61,810 bases of DNA from an uncultured virus (IMG/VR IMGVR_UViG_3300007734_000756). Lineage: Duplodnaviria > Heunggongvirae > Uroviricota > Caudoviricetes. The notes under the pieces were generated by a model. It was not told where the DNA came from, made no database searches, and worked only from the letters and a program-made list of their open reading frames with translations. A program made the translations under genes and the position numbers. Positions 47,256-57,072 of the stretch are shown here, piece by piece. The stretch's first letter is position 1, and each line of letters begins with the position of its first letter. The stretch lies in IMG/VR virus record IMGVR_UViG_3300007734_000756; one strand, 5' to 3'.

Positions 47256-48122
47256 TTATCTGACAGGCGGAGTAGTACCGGAACTCGGAGGTGTGGTAGT
47301 CGGTGCAGCACTAATTACACCCAAGTCTCTAAGCAAAGTAAGTAAACCAGACCCAGTACCAAACAAGTTGCTCAAAAAGTCTGGCTGTGAATAGCCGTAG
47401 TTTGACGCGGAAATCGGCAAGTCTTTATAAAACTGTCGCTGCCATTCCAACTGTTTGTACGGGAAGTCGCGTTCCTGCTCAAACTGTTTAATGTCAGCCG
47501 TTAAACCTTCTTGCTCAATCCCGCGCTGTACGCCGCCCAACTCAGCTTGTTTCTGCAACGCTGACAGGCCATAGTCTTGAGCCTGTTTAGTCGCAGCCAT
47601 TTGACGCTGTTGCTCAACATTAAACTGTTCTTGAGCTTTATCAAACGCGCTTCGATATCCTTCACCCGTAATTTTGGCTAGTTGCGACTGTAAGTTACGC
47701 TGCGCTTCAGATTCCATCAGCGCACCCCGTGCCCCGCCAAATCCACCCGCTCGAGTAGCAGCAGCACGATTAGCTAGATTCTGAATCTGAGATTGACGGG
47801 TGGCTTCGTCAAACTGAGGTTGAAGCGCAGCCATCAAATACGGATTCATATATGACTGCGCATCAGTCGCGGTAAATGACGTAGGTGTATACGCCTTCAT
47901 TTGATCGGTCGGAATCGTCAGTCCTCCGATCCCGCTAAACGCCGTCTGCTGTAATGTTGACGGGCCTGCAGTCAACTGACCGGTATATGCCTCGTATGGA
48001 GTAGCCGCCTGCGATTCGACTTTCCCAAGCATACTGGTAATACCAGGACCGGCCCATTCGGCCAAACCGGTTTGTGTACTGGTCTGCTGGCCAACATTGG
48101 TTGGAACGTTTGACGTTGCCAT
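47256..48122 (-). CDS. DNA pilot / ejection protein
   Basis: YMNPY...A.RAGGFGGAR...E.QR; Gln/Ala-rich; hydrophobic Gly-rich C-terminus. Confidence 0.65.
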   Translation of the reverse strand: MATSNVPTNVGQQTSTQTGLAEWAGPGITSMLGKVESQAATPYEAYTGQLTAGPSTLQQTAFSGIGGLTIPTDQMKAYTPTSFTATDAQSYMNPYLMAALQPQFDEATRQSQIQNLANRAAATRAGGFGGARGALMESEAQRNLQSQLAKITGEGYRSAFDKAQEQFNVEQQRQMAATKQAQDYGLSALQKQAELGGVQRGIEQEGLTADIKQFEQERDFPYKQLEWQRQFYKDLPISASNYGYSQPDFLSNLFGTGSGLLTLLRDLGVISAAPTTTPPSSGTTPPVR

Positions 48123-48124
48123 GC

Positions 48125-49276
48125 TTACCTCGGCATAAATTTGTCAGGATTGATCTGTTTACCCTGCTTGGTCGTACCAGTCCGGGCTTTACGAATACGG
48201 TCCATCATGTCGTACAGACGCTGCGCTCCGGACTCAGAATTACCATTCCCAAGATGGGACACAACATCTGCAGGAATGACAAACTCACCATGGCTTAGTC
48301 TGGCCGGCTGAGTCCCTTCAATATTAGCCGGGATTTTATCAGCCATACCATCCGTAGAACCGTTCAAATAGCGTCCTTTAGCTAAACCCATCAGGCCACC
48401 CTGGGCTGCTTGGACGGGGCCTTGTCGTACAGGAGCAAAGACCGGTGCTGCGCCAGTTCTACCTAGATAAGTTTTATACGCATCATCTAAAGCACGACCA
48501 GAACCACCGCCGCTGATCATTCCAAAGTATGGACTTTGATAAATGTCCATAGAACTCATTCTATTCAAACCAGATGAAACATAGTTTGAGTATTCGGGGC
48601 TATTGTAAAAGTCTGAAAACCCGCTAGGTTTAGCAGTCGATCCTTCTTTCTTGGGCGCAGGCGGACCCATGGTAATAGCGTCTTCTATTTTTGCTGACGA
48701 TTTCGGCGCGGGAGTAATAGCAGGGGCCAGTCCTTTAGCTTGTTCTTGAGCGGCAGTGCGCGCTGTTTGAACGCTAGTATCCGTAGGAGAAGATGGCGTT
48801 GGCACATATTGAGTGTCTGAAAAGTACCTACGACCGCCTGAGCCAGGACGCCGATTAGGATCCTCTGGCATCTTTACTCTCTCACGCACTGCTGTGTATT
48901 TAGGCACTGAACCTTGATACCCCACAGCGGCTGGCGCACCAGAGCCACGCATAGAAGACAACAACGCCATAATCCCAAACAGTCCCATAGGATTAGGTTT
49001 TCCGTCCTCGCCAACAATCAGCCCTTTAAGAAAGTTTTTTAGTTCTACAGGGATTTGAGGCGGAGTATCAGTTTTAGGCGGCTGTTCTTCTGGATGCTCC
49101 TCCAAAGACGGATCTTGAATTGGCAAGTCGCCGATAAAAGGTGGAGATATCGGATCTGTTGGGTGTTCTTCCAGCGAAGGATCTTCAGTAGGCAAATCTC
49201 CAAGAAAGTCATATGTCGTATCCGTAGCATACGGATTGCCGCCAGCATAAATAGAAACATAATCATCCGGATCCAT
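48125..49276 (-). CDS. Internal virion protein
   Basis: C-terminal G..DGMAD.IPA.......LS.GEFVIPADVVS.LGNG domain; duplicated DLP..DPSLEEHP. Confidence 0.6.
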   Translation of the reverse strand: MDPDDYVSIYAGGNPYATDTTYDFLGDLPTEDPSLEEHPTDPISPPFIGDLPIQDPSLEEHPEEQPPKTDTPPQIPVELKNFLKGLIVGEDGKPNPMGLFGIMALLSSMRGSGAPAAVGYQGSVPKYTAVRERVKMPEDPNRRPGSGGRRYFSDTQYVPTPSSPTDTSVQTARTAAQEQAKGLAPAITPAPKSSAKIEDAITMGPPAPKKEGSTAKPSGFSDFYNSPEYSNYVSSGLNRMSSMDIYQSPYFGMISGGGSGRALDDAYKTYLGRTGAAPVFAPVRQGPVQAAQGGLMGLAKGRYLNGSTDGMADKIPANIEGTQPARLSHGEFVIPADVVSHLGNGNSESGAQRLYDMMDRIRKARTGTTKQGKQINPDKFMPR

Positions 49277-49277
49277 A

Positions 49278-52200
49278 TCAACCTCTCAACATTTTGATTA
49301 ACTCATCATTAGTCATGGGCGCTTCCTGATACGGGCTAGTCAGTTGTTCCCACGGGATAAACTGTTCTGGCTGTTTCATCGGAGCCTGGGGCGGCTGCTG
49401 CTGCTGTTGCGATTGTTGCATCATTCCCAGCAATCCTAACAGCCCAAACAAATCCATGGACTGATCCTGCCGCTGAGGAGGAGGGGGTGGCGGCGGGGGT
49501 GGCGGCGGAGGTGGCTGTGGTGGAGGCGGTCGGGGGGGTTGCTGCGGTGGGGGTTGTTCTTCACGCGGAACAGTAAGATCAATCGGATTGCCATCTGCAT
49601 CAGTCAAATGGATCGTACCGTCGTCTTCAACAATTAAAACGTTGCCGTCATCATCAACAAATACATCTGCAGGGCGTCCGGTCTGATCGCCTTCAACTTC
49701 AAAACCAAATCCTGGTTGGGTATCTTGTCCTGTACCCAGACCCATAAGTGCGTCAACATCTGCTTGAAGATCCCGCTCTTCCGCAGTCCCGCCCAAATCC
49801 ATAAGCGCGTCAACATCTGCTTGAAGGTTTTGAGCATTTGCGAGATCGGTACCCGCCTTTTCGTTGTAAGAAATTTCGTCGCCAGTATCCCAAGCGCCTC
49901 GAAGATCACCTTCGTCTATATCTGTACCTTCACCTAAATCCGCACCCCCTGCGTCTGCATCTGTACCGACACTTAAACCTCCTGCGTCTGTGTCTGCATC
50001 GTACCCACCTGCAGGGGTGTCTTCACCCTCTACGTCTGCGTCTGTACCTTCACCTAAACCTGTGCCAACGCCCAGACTGCTTGCGTCTGTATCTGCATCG
50101 TATTCACTCGAAGCAGCATCCTCACCGTCTGCACCTACGCCGGTATCTTCACCGCCACCCAGCGTGTCTTCTGGAAAGGAGGGTGGCAACGTTGCCAGAT
50201 AGGCGTCTATATCCCCGCCAAACTGTTGATACGTTTCATCGTCAGGGAAGCCGCGCTCTTGAGCCAACTGATCTCTAAACTGCTTTTGTTGAATCTCATA
50301 CTGCCGACCGCTTTCTTCAAGCTTGCGCTCATCTTCTAAGTGTTTGGCATAACGCTCTTTGCTGCCACCAAACTCATCACGCGTCGCAGCATCCGGCCAA
50401 CCCTCAGCAGATGCAAGATCATCTTGATACGCCGTTGAATCTCCGTCGTAACTTAAATAAGTAACATAATCAGGGAACCCGGCATCAGTCGCTTGGTCTT
50501 GCCTAAACTGTTCAACGTTGCCTTGATACAGGTTATAGATATCTACATTGGGGAAACCAAGCTCGTCGGCTAATCTTTCGCGCTCTGCTTGCTGATCAGA
50601 GCGGTAAGCATAGATATCGCCGTTATAAAATTTATATGTTTCATAGTCGTCAAAACCGTAATCTCTGGCTATTTGAGCTTTTTCAGTTTCAGTAAGCTCT
50701 GGTTCAACAGCCTGAACGGTGTCGTTCCCTGTGCCGCCTGCAACCGTGTCCTCGCCCTCAACAGCTTTGACCGTATCGTTACCTGAACCGCCCTCAACTG
50801 TTTTGTCTCCAACAACAGCAGCGGTGTCGTTACCAGTCCCGCCGTAGATAATTTCTTCTGCTTCCCGCGCTTCTCTTGCTTTGCGCTCTTCGTCCGTCTC
50901 GCCGCCAAGCAGATCATTTCCCAAGCCGCCGGTAGGCGTATCGACTACAGTGCCATCGCCCGGTTCAAACTCTTCAGCATCTTCTCCGGGCGTATAGGGG
51001 AATGGCTCTGTTGATGGCTTGGTACCAAAGAACTCTTCTACGCCTAAACCGGGGGTTAACGGAGTCAAAGGCACTTCAGGAGCGCCTATAGGCTCTACAT
51101 CAGCACGTGGCAGACTCGCTTGATAAGCTTCAACGTCACCTTCAAACCGTTGTTGCGTGGCGTAATCAGGGAAACCTGCTTTCTGAGCGTCAAGCTCACG
51201 CTGCCCAGTAACAAATTCTTTTATGTCAGTAAACGTAGAAGACTCATCTCGCTTACCAATAAACTTCAATAAGTCTTCATCAGACGGTTCAAACCCAATG
51301 TCGTCAAAGAACTCTTTAGCTTCATCACGCGTGACGGCTTGACTATCAAACTGCTCAGTAAATTGCTTAGTTAGCTCTTTCTCATCGCCTTGTTGAACTA
51401 AAGCAAGCAGATCATCCTGCGTGAGTGTCAGCCCTTCTTTCTGTGCAATATCAGCCAGTTCGGCGGCATCTAGCGTACGATCGTCAACAAAGCTATTAAT
51501 TAATCCTTGTAAGTCAGCATCAGCACCTTCACCGACAAACTTTGCAATGTCAGCGGGACTAGCCTCGTAATCGGCAAATAACGGGTTATTGGCAAACGCA
51601 TTCGCTACTTCATCGCTAGTGCGGAAGTTTTGATCTAATGTATTAACCGCTTCTGTTGCGATCTCTTTTGCAACATCACTAATTTCTTCACCAGCGACCT
51701 CTGACAAACCGGTGATGCTTTTGTCCAAATCTCCTAAATACTTATCACGATCTACCAACAGATCTTGAATTGTTTTGTTTAACCCACCGTTTCCATCTTC
51801 ACCAAATAACTTAGTTACATAGCCATCATAAGTATCTACTTTGTCATCTAACTTGGTTTTATCAGTGTTAAACGTTGCAAGCTTTGTATTAAAATTTGTT
51901 ACGGCTGATTCAAATTGCGGAATATTAGTATTTAAATAATCTGCTTGTTTTTCTAACGTATCTTTTGCATGAAGCCCAAGGCTAAGCACAAATTCATTAG
52001 TAGTAGGATTTACATAATATGTTCCATACTCTGGATCATTAATCTCAACCAAACCCATGCGCTGCGCGTATGCTGTATTAGCGGCAGGGTTGTAATGAAT
52101 AGTGTTAGATTTCCAATCGTAGATTTGACCGGATAAATTTAATAAATTAGACGAATCTTTAAGATTCTGTTGTTTTGTATTTAACGCCGTAGACTCTGAA

Positions 52201-52979
52201 TTAAGTACGCTTGCAATCCCTGAAAGCCGAGTACTTTCAGTATCTATTTCGCCGCGTAAAGTATTGGCTTCCGATTGCGTTGTTTCAAATTCTGTAGCGG
52301 TTTTGTTAAGATCACTTACAACAGACTTCAATCCAGAAGCCGCTGTATTAGCCAGCGTACCAAATACAGATTGGCTTAATGCATTACCAATAGCTAATGC
52401 GGGATCTTGATTATTTAGAATGCTACTAACTGCTGCTTTGGTAGCATCGCTAATTAGTCTGCCTTCAATTTTGGAAGGATCAACGCCAAGCTCAGTACGC
52501 AAAGTGTTGTTAATTAAACCGCCGACTGCCCCAGATAGCGCGGAGTTAAATACTTGATTTAAATCCTTTCCTTGCAAAACAGCAGCAGCGCCTTGGGCTG
52601 AAGCGTTAGTAATAACTGTTTTAAGGATTGCGTCGGTAGCGGTGGTTTGAAACGCCAAATCCCCTGCGCCACCATATCCCGCAACATTACCAAGTTCTGG
52701 GAAAGCGGCATCTCCAACCGCCGCACCGGCTTCTGTTGCGATATAACTCGTAGCTAAGTTAATTACATAGTCTTCCATGTTCCCGCCCGACATGGCGGTG
52801 CGGGCTAACGATGTTACATACGGCGGCACTCCAACAGCGGTTAGAGCAATAGTCGCAATTGTGGGAAGCGGATCTTTGGCAATTGCATCGAATGTTTTGC
52901 CAATACCGGTTAAACCCCTATCTACCCATCCAGTAATAGTGTTGAACGCGTTGCTTAACTCTTGTCTGGGATTACACAT
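49278..52979 (-). CDS. Large acidic, repeat-rich internal virion protein
   Basis: 1233 aa: hydrophobic Ala/Gly N-terminus, coiled coil, GFPD repeats, Asp/Gly tract, poly-Pro, Gln tail. Confidence 0.65.
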   Translation of the reverse strand: MCNPRQELSNAFNTITGWVDRGLTGIGKTFDAIAKDPLPTIATIALTAVGVPPYVTSLARTAMSGGNMEDYVINLATSYIATEAGAAVGDAAFPELGNVAGYGGAGDLAFQTTATDAILKTVITNASAQGAAAVLQGKDLNQVFNSALSGAVGGLINNTLRTELGVDPSKIEGRLISDATKAAVSSILNNQDPALAIGNALSQSVFGTLANTAASGLKSVVSDLNKTATEFETTQSEANTLRGEIDTESTRLSGIASVLNSESTALNTKQQNLKDSSNLLNLSGQIYDWKSNTIHYNPAANTAYAQRMGLVEINDPEYGTYYVNPTTNEFVLSLGLHAKDTLEKQADYLNTNIPQFESAVTNFNTKLATFNTDKTKLDDKVDTYDGYVTKLFGEDGNGGLNKTIQDLLVDRDKYLGDLDKSITGLSEVAGEEISDVAKEIATEAVNTLDQNFRTSDEVANAFANNPLFADYEASPADIAKFVGEGADADLQGLINSFVDDRTLDAAELADIAQKEGLTLTQDDLLALVQQGDEKELTKQFTEQFDSQAVTRDEAKEFFDDIGFEPSDEDLLKFIGKRDESSTFTDIKEFVTGQRELDAQKAGFPDYATQQRFEGDVEAYQASLPRADVEPIGAPEVPLTPLTPGLGVEEFFGTKPSTEPFPYTPGEDAEEFEPGDGTVVDTPTGGLGNDLLGGETDEERKAREAREAEEIIYGGTGNDTAAVVGDKTVEGGSGNDTVKAVEGEDTVAGGTGNDTVQAVEPELTETEKAQIARDYGFDDYETYKFYNGDIYAYRSDQQAERERLADELGFPNVDIYNLYQGNVEQFRQDQATDAGFPDYVTYLSYDGDSTAYQDDLASAEGWPDAATRDEFGGSKERYAKHLEDERKLEESGRQYEIQQKQFRDQLAQERGFPDDETYQQFGGDIDAYLATLPPSFPEDTLGGGEDTGVGADGEDAASSEYDADTDASSLGVGTGLGEGTDADVEGEDTPAGGYDADTDAGGLSVGTDADAGGADLGEGTDIDEGDLRGAWDTGDEISYNEKAGTDLANAQNLQADVDALMDLGGTAEERDLQADVDALMGLGTGQDTQPGFGFEVEGDQTGRPADVFVDDDGNVLIVEDDGTIHLTDADGNPIDLTVPREEQPPPQQPPRPPPPQPPPPPPPPPPPPPQRQDQSMDLFGLLGLLGMMQQSQQQQQPPQAPMKQPEQFIPWEQLTSPYQEAPMTNDELIKMLRG

Positions 52980-53364
52980 CTACAGTACCCCGATAGATGG
53001 TTCGGCCCTGATCATCCGTGCCAACTTGTTCTACTTTAACCGGGTATCCCAAGCGCTTCATCATTTCGATAAGCTGCATGTTGTGCGTTTCGCCAAACAC
53101 AGATTCAAAGCCAGACTTGTCTAAGGCTTTGGCAAACTCTTTCATATTCTTCAAAAAGTTCTTTTGCGTGTCGGCGTTAAACACATACATCTGAGCGGTC
53201 TTCTGTGGCAAAAGTTTGATCCACAAAAGCGTATCCCCATTACGCATTACCCGATGCGTATTGTTTTGAATGGATAGAGCAACGGCTGCGTACACACGCT
53301 TCCAGTCCATACCCATTTCTTTGACTTCATCAGACTCTTTAATGATGTCTTGTGTGCTCTTCAT
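52972..53364 (-). CDS. Hypothetical protein, possibly GNAT-like fold
   Basis: 130 aa ending N......KRLGY; position equivalent to the acetyltransferase-like gene of podovirus tail modules. Confidence 0.45.
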   Translation of the reverse strand: MKSTQDIIKESDEVKEMGMDWKRVYAAVALSIQNNTHRVMRNGDTLLWIKLLPQKTAQMYVFNADTQKNFLKNMKEFAKALDKSGFESVFGETHNMQLIEMMKRLGYPVKVEQVGTDDQGRTIYRGTVDV

Positions 53365-54017
53365 ACCGCGCTCACAAAGGTAAGAGTAGCAACAACTGAC
53401 GGAATCGAAGGGTGCGGAAACGGCGTTGTCTGAGCCGCTTCTGCTTCAAACGTAACCGCTACGTTATTAACTGCAGCCCACATCTCAACGGTGTCCTCGG
53501 GAGCCAACTGCACGTAGAAATTACACGCTGCGATGATGAACCCGTCGATTCCCCCGTGCTTGGCGATCACATCAAACTTACTAGCCGTGCCAGCTACGTC
53601 TATATTGTTAACCCGCAGCCAAATCCATGCTGTATGAATCTGAGTGTCAGTGTTTTTTAACTGAACACTAAATTGATAGTTGTAGATACCGCCAACCGAC
53701 ACAGCAATACCATCGGTGCCATCGTTAGTGCAGGCTGACAAAAAGTCATTTGTATCAAACGTGATCTGTGTTGGCGTATCGACTGTAAATGTTTTATCTG
53801 TTGTGCGTTGGATAGCCGCATACGGGAAGTACAGATTCGAGCCCCCCGGCGGTACATCGCCAAGTGGCGGACTAATCAGCGCGTTATATGACTGTGTGAG
53901 ACGGTTATAAAACAGTCGATGAACGTTATTTAGCTGATCCTGATACGGACGATCATAGCCTTCCCGCGCCTGGGGCAAGGCAGGTGGTGCAACCTTCTGA
54001 ATAATCGGGGAAGTCAT
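53361..54017 (-). CDS. Tail protein with a C1q/TNF-like jelly-roll C-terminus
   Basis: PALP....Y...Y..QLNN..RLFYN; G.YNYQFSVQL...L...D.VE. Confidence 0.6.
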   Translation of the reverse strand: MTSPIIQKVAPPALPQAREGYDRPYQDQLNNVHRLFYNRLTQSYNALISPPLGDVPPGGSNLYFPYAAIQRTTDKTFTVDTPTQITFDTNDFLSACTNDGTDGIAVSVGGIYNYQFSVQLKNTDTQIHTAWIWLRVNNIDVAGTASKFDVIAKHGGIDGFIIAACNFYVQLAPEDTVEMWAAVNNVAVTFEAEAAQTTPFPHPSIPSVVATLTFVSAV

Positions 54018-56120
54018 TTAGCGCTTGCCATCAGGCCGCATGTCAATCCGGGGCGACCCAAGCTGCCATGTCGTGTTTAGATCATTGGATTCGATCTTCA
54101 TCGCCATCTGTCGGGCGCGGACTCGTGTATAGACCTGACCGGTAAACTGTTCAACGGGAACCACTGCCGTACGGGTAACGTCGGCATAACTAAAATAACC
54201 CTCAGAGTGGTTAGCATTGACCGCCGGACTAATAGAATACCCCGATCCAGAGTTCTGCAATGGGAGCAGGTACATCGTTACTTTTGGACTGTTTGTCGTA
54301 GACCCAGAGAATGTAATGTCAGGCAGCATTCGCCAGACAAACATGAACTTATGGCCGTCATCTAAATCAAATTCAGAAGACGTAATGTAAGAGTTGATAG
54401 CTGAATCTACGCCAGCTTCGTTGTCATTAAGGCCAAATTCCTGATTAACCAGAGTATTAGAGTAAGTCGCAGCCAGCGGGTACTCGCGCAAACCAGAATC
54501 TAACCAAGCCGTACGCGCCATGGTGCCGTAGTACCAAATGTCTTCCATGTAGTTATAGACAACGTACTTGTCAATTGTCTCTGATTCCGCAGAACAATAA
54601 AACCACCAGATTTCATAGAACCCTTCATTGGTTCCGGCAAAGATCTGTGGGTACTGAGACTGGTTTAAATCCTCAAAGATGTAGCGACGCAAATCACAAC
54701 GAAGTGGTTGTACTCGTCCATCGTATTTGTAGAACTTGTCTTTACCCATCCAATACGACACGCCGTTGGCGTAGGCTACCGCGTTTTCACTGGCAATAGA
54801 AATGTTTTCGCCGACCAACTGCGCGCCCCAGACGATAGGGGCACCAACGTATTGCAAAGAATAAAGCGCCGCATCCGTCCAAACCAACACCTCCTGACGG
54901 GACTGAGTGGCACTAATAATCTCAGAGCCTCTGGATAGTCTTAGAAAACCTGCTTGGTTAGTAGATGCAGGTGTCCAGTTAAACGGATCTTCTTGGTCTG
55001 ACCACCGGATCAACATCGGATCAAATATGTTCGTGCTGTACTCGCTACAGCCGAGCGCAAACACAAATCGATTGATGTCTGAAACTAACAAGTAATTCTG
55101 TTTGGTAGGTACGTCCGTAGCCCCACCCCAGGCGGAAAGTAGAGGCGCGTTGGGCAGAATCGTATGAGCCCCGCTTTGACTGCCTGACGTATTGATAGGA
55201 GTACCGCCCGCTGTTGCAGCAAGCTGGAAGGTCGTACCCGATGCGTTAACCACGTAATACTGAGTTCCAACCGTAAGCCCTGTAGGCAAAGCCCCGGTGG
55301 TAGCAAGTCGGATCGGTGTGCCGTTTGAGATTTGGGCAGACGAAACAGTGACTACCGCAGGTGACGCAATGGTGACGGTAAAGCTCAGGGGAAGACTACC
55401 CAGCGTGGCATCCCAGTAATAGATACCGCCACCTCGGGGGCCAAAGATCAGGTCTTCACCAAAGTTAGATTGGCTCCACAGCCTGATGGGGTCGGTTGAA
55501 GCTTGCCCAATACCCCAAGCACCTGATCCCCAGCTTGACGCACCCCAGCCGGTAAGAGGTTCCACAAAAGACGGGCCAGTATTGATTTGATATACCGCCC
55601 GGACAGTCCCACCGCCAGTGGCAGTTGTAGGGTTACCGCTAACGGTAATGGTGTAAGTCGTAGCCGATACGACAGTGATTTTATACTGACCAGTAATAGT
55701 GATGCCGCCGACAGCAGATCCACCATAAAAGGTTACAAAATCGTCTGTTTTATAGCCGCCATTTGCATCGGTGACCGTTACTGTTTGAGAACCAGTAGTC
55801 GTAGCAAACGGATTAGTTAGCGTGACCGCTGACCGAATCGGCGTAATGTCGTTGTACGCACCGCCCTGGCTGATGTAGTACTTAAGGTTAGTCCCAACGG
55901 CAATTAAATTCTGCCCGCCGAGCGTTACCCAGTTCCAAAGCGCCCGGCAAACACCCAGAAAAGTTGTTACCGGACTCTGAAACGGTGCCCAACCACCAAT
56001 CTTTTCAGGCGTTCCTTGGCGAAAACGAATCTTGTCGCACTCGTACCAACCCCCTTCATTGGTATAGCGCGTGTTTTCACGGTTTACCCCACTTTTTAAT
56101 AACAGTTTTTTAAGAGCCAT
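54018..56120 (-). CDS. Tail nozzle / stabilization protein (P22 gp10 / T7 gp12-like)
   Basis: 700 aa beta-propeller-like; IRWSDQED..W, EIWWFY, YVVYNY..W..G...RTAW, terminal R.D.RPDG.R. Confidence 0.75.
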   Translation of the reverse strand: MALKKLLLKSGVNRENTRYTNEGGWYECDKIRFRQGTPEKIGGWAPFQSPVTTFLGVCRALWNWVTLGGQNLIAVGTNLKYYISQGGAYNDITPIRSAVTLTNPFATTTGSQTVTVTDANGGYKTDDFVTFYGGSAVGGITITGQYKITVVSATTYTITVSGNPTTATGGGTVRAVYQINTGPSFVEPLTGWGASSWGSGAWGIGQASTDPIRLWSQSNFGEDLIFGPRGGGIYYWDATLGSLPLSFTVTIASPAVVTVSSAQISNGTPIRLATTGALPTGLTVGTQYYVVNASGTTFQLAATAGGTPINTSGSQSGAHTILPNAPLLSAWGGATDVPTKQNYLLVSDINRFVFALGCSEYSTNIFDPMLIRWSDQEDPFNWTPASTNQAGFLRLSRGSEIISATQSRQEVLVWTDAALYSLQYVGAPIVWGAQLVGENISIASENAVAYANGVSYWMGKDKFYKYDGRVQPLRCDLRRYIFEDLNQSQYPQIFAGTNEGFYEIWWFYCSAESETIDKYVVYNYMEDIWYYGTMARTAWLDSGLREYPLAATYSNTLVNQEFGLNDNEAGVDSAINSYITSSEFDLDDGHKFMFVWRMLPDITFSGSTTNSPKVTMYLLPLQNSGSGYSISPAVNANHSEGYFSYADVTRTAVVPVEQFTGQVYTRVRARQMAMKIESNDLNTTWQLGSPRIDMRPDGKR

Positions 56121-56122
56121 GG

Positions 56123-56605
56123 CTACCTCAAGTACATCGCCCGTTCGTCTTTTCTACGTATTACCAGCCCTGGTAGCACTTTACCCGCCGACAGGTTCCA
56201 CTTCAAGAACTCGTCGGCTGCACCCTCAAAGTCGCCTCGGTTGTGCTTGGCTCGAAGGGTAGAAGCCTGAAGATTCCCTAGCCCAACGTTGAAAGCGAAC
56301 GAAGTGAGTGCCAGATGGCGAGGGCTAAGATCATCCACAGTACATAGTCGGCGTACCCCCGCCAGAAACCGCGCCAAATCCTGTTGGAGAATGCTGTCCA
56401 CCTCTTCATCCGTCAGCCTCCGATCCCAACCGGCAGGAACGACGAGGCCAAGTCTTGCATCAAACGGTACGCGCAGGTGAGCAGGATCGATGACGTGACC
56501 AACACCGACAGTCCAAAGACGAGCAGGGCAACGGTAAGGCTCATGCTTAACCCCTTCATGATGACGCAGCATCTTTAGCAGATCTTTCACTTCTTTGCTT
56601 TGCAA
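56123..56605 (-). CDS. Endolysin, GH24 lysozyme
   Basis: HEG...PY.C....WTVGVGH; SFAFNVG.GN; F.KW...GKVLPGL..RR..E. Confidence 0.92.
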   Translation of the reverse strand: MQSKEVKDLLKMLRHHEGVKHEPYRCPARLWTVGVGHVIDPAHLRVPFDARLGLVVPAGWDRRLTDEEVDSILQQDLARFLAGVRRLCTVDDLSPRHLALTSFAFNVGLGNLQASTLRAKHNRGDFEGAADEFLKWNLSAGKVLPGLVIRRKDERAMYLR

Positions 56606-57072
56606 CCATTAAAGTGATACCGCCGCATGTTGCCACCGCCGCCTTCAAGCCCGCAATGCGGACACTTCACAATATGACGCTTACCTTTACACGCCTCGCT
56701 GAGCCGCGTCGTAAACTCTGGGTCTGCTAATCGCTTGGCCGCGCCCTGAAGGTATGGTTCGCGCTGACGCTTAATTCCAGTCGCCCCATCCACGCTCGGA
56801 GCCTTGTTGTAAAGCATATCCAACCCTTGCCGCAACAACTCAGCTTCTATGGCACGCGCCTCTTCAACCGTCCCGGTTTCCTTGATGACAACAAACTCAA
56901 ACCCGGATATGCCGTATTTTTGGGCGTCTTCTGCGTAGCCTTCGTAATGCCGAAACTTGGCGCAATTGATGGCGCATCGGTGATTCCGCAGCCGAAGCTC
57001 TATCTGGCTAGAGCTTCCTATGTATCGCTTACCGTTGTGCTTGTTGACAACGGCATAGACCCCGACAGTCAT
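56587..57072 (-). CDS. GIY-YIG free-standing homing endonuclease
   Basis: GVYAVVN..NGKRYIGSS..I..R...H; E; LYN; C-terminal CPHC...MRRYHF..C. Confidence 0.88.
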   Translation of the reverse strand: MTVGVYAVVNKHNGKRYIGSSSQIELRLRNHRCAINCAKFRHYEGYAEDAQKYGISGFEFVVIKETGTVEEARAIEAELLRQGLDMLYNKAPSVDGATGIKRQREPYLQGAAKRLADPEFTTRLSEACKGKRHIVKCPHCGLEGGGGNMRRYHFNGCKAKK

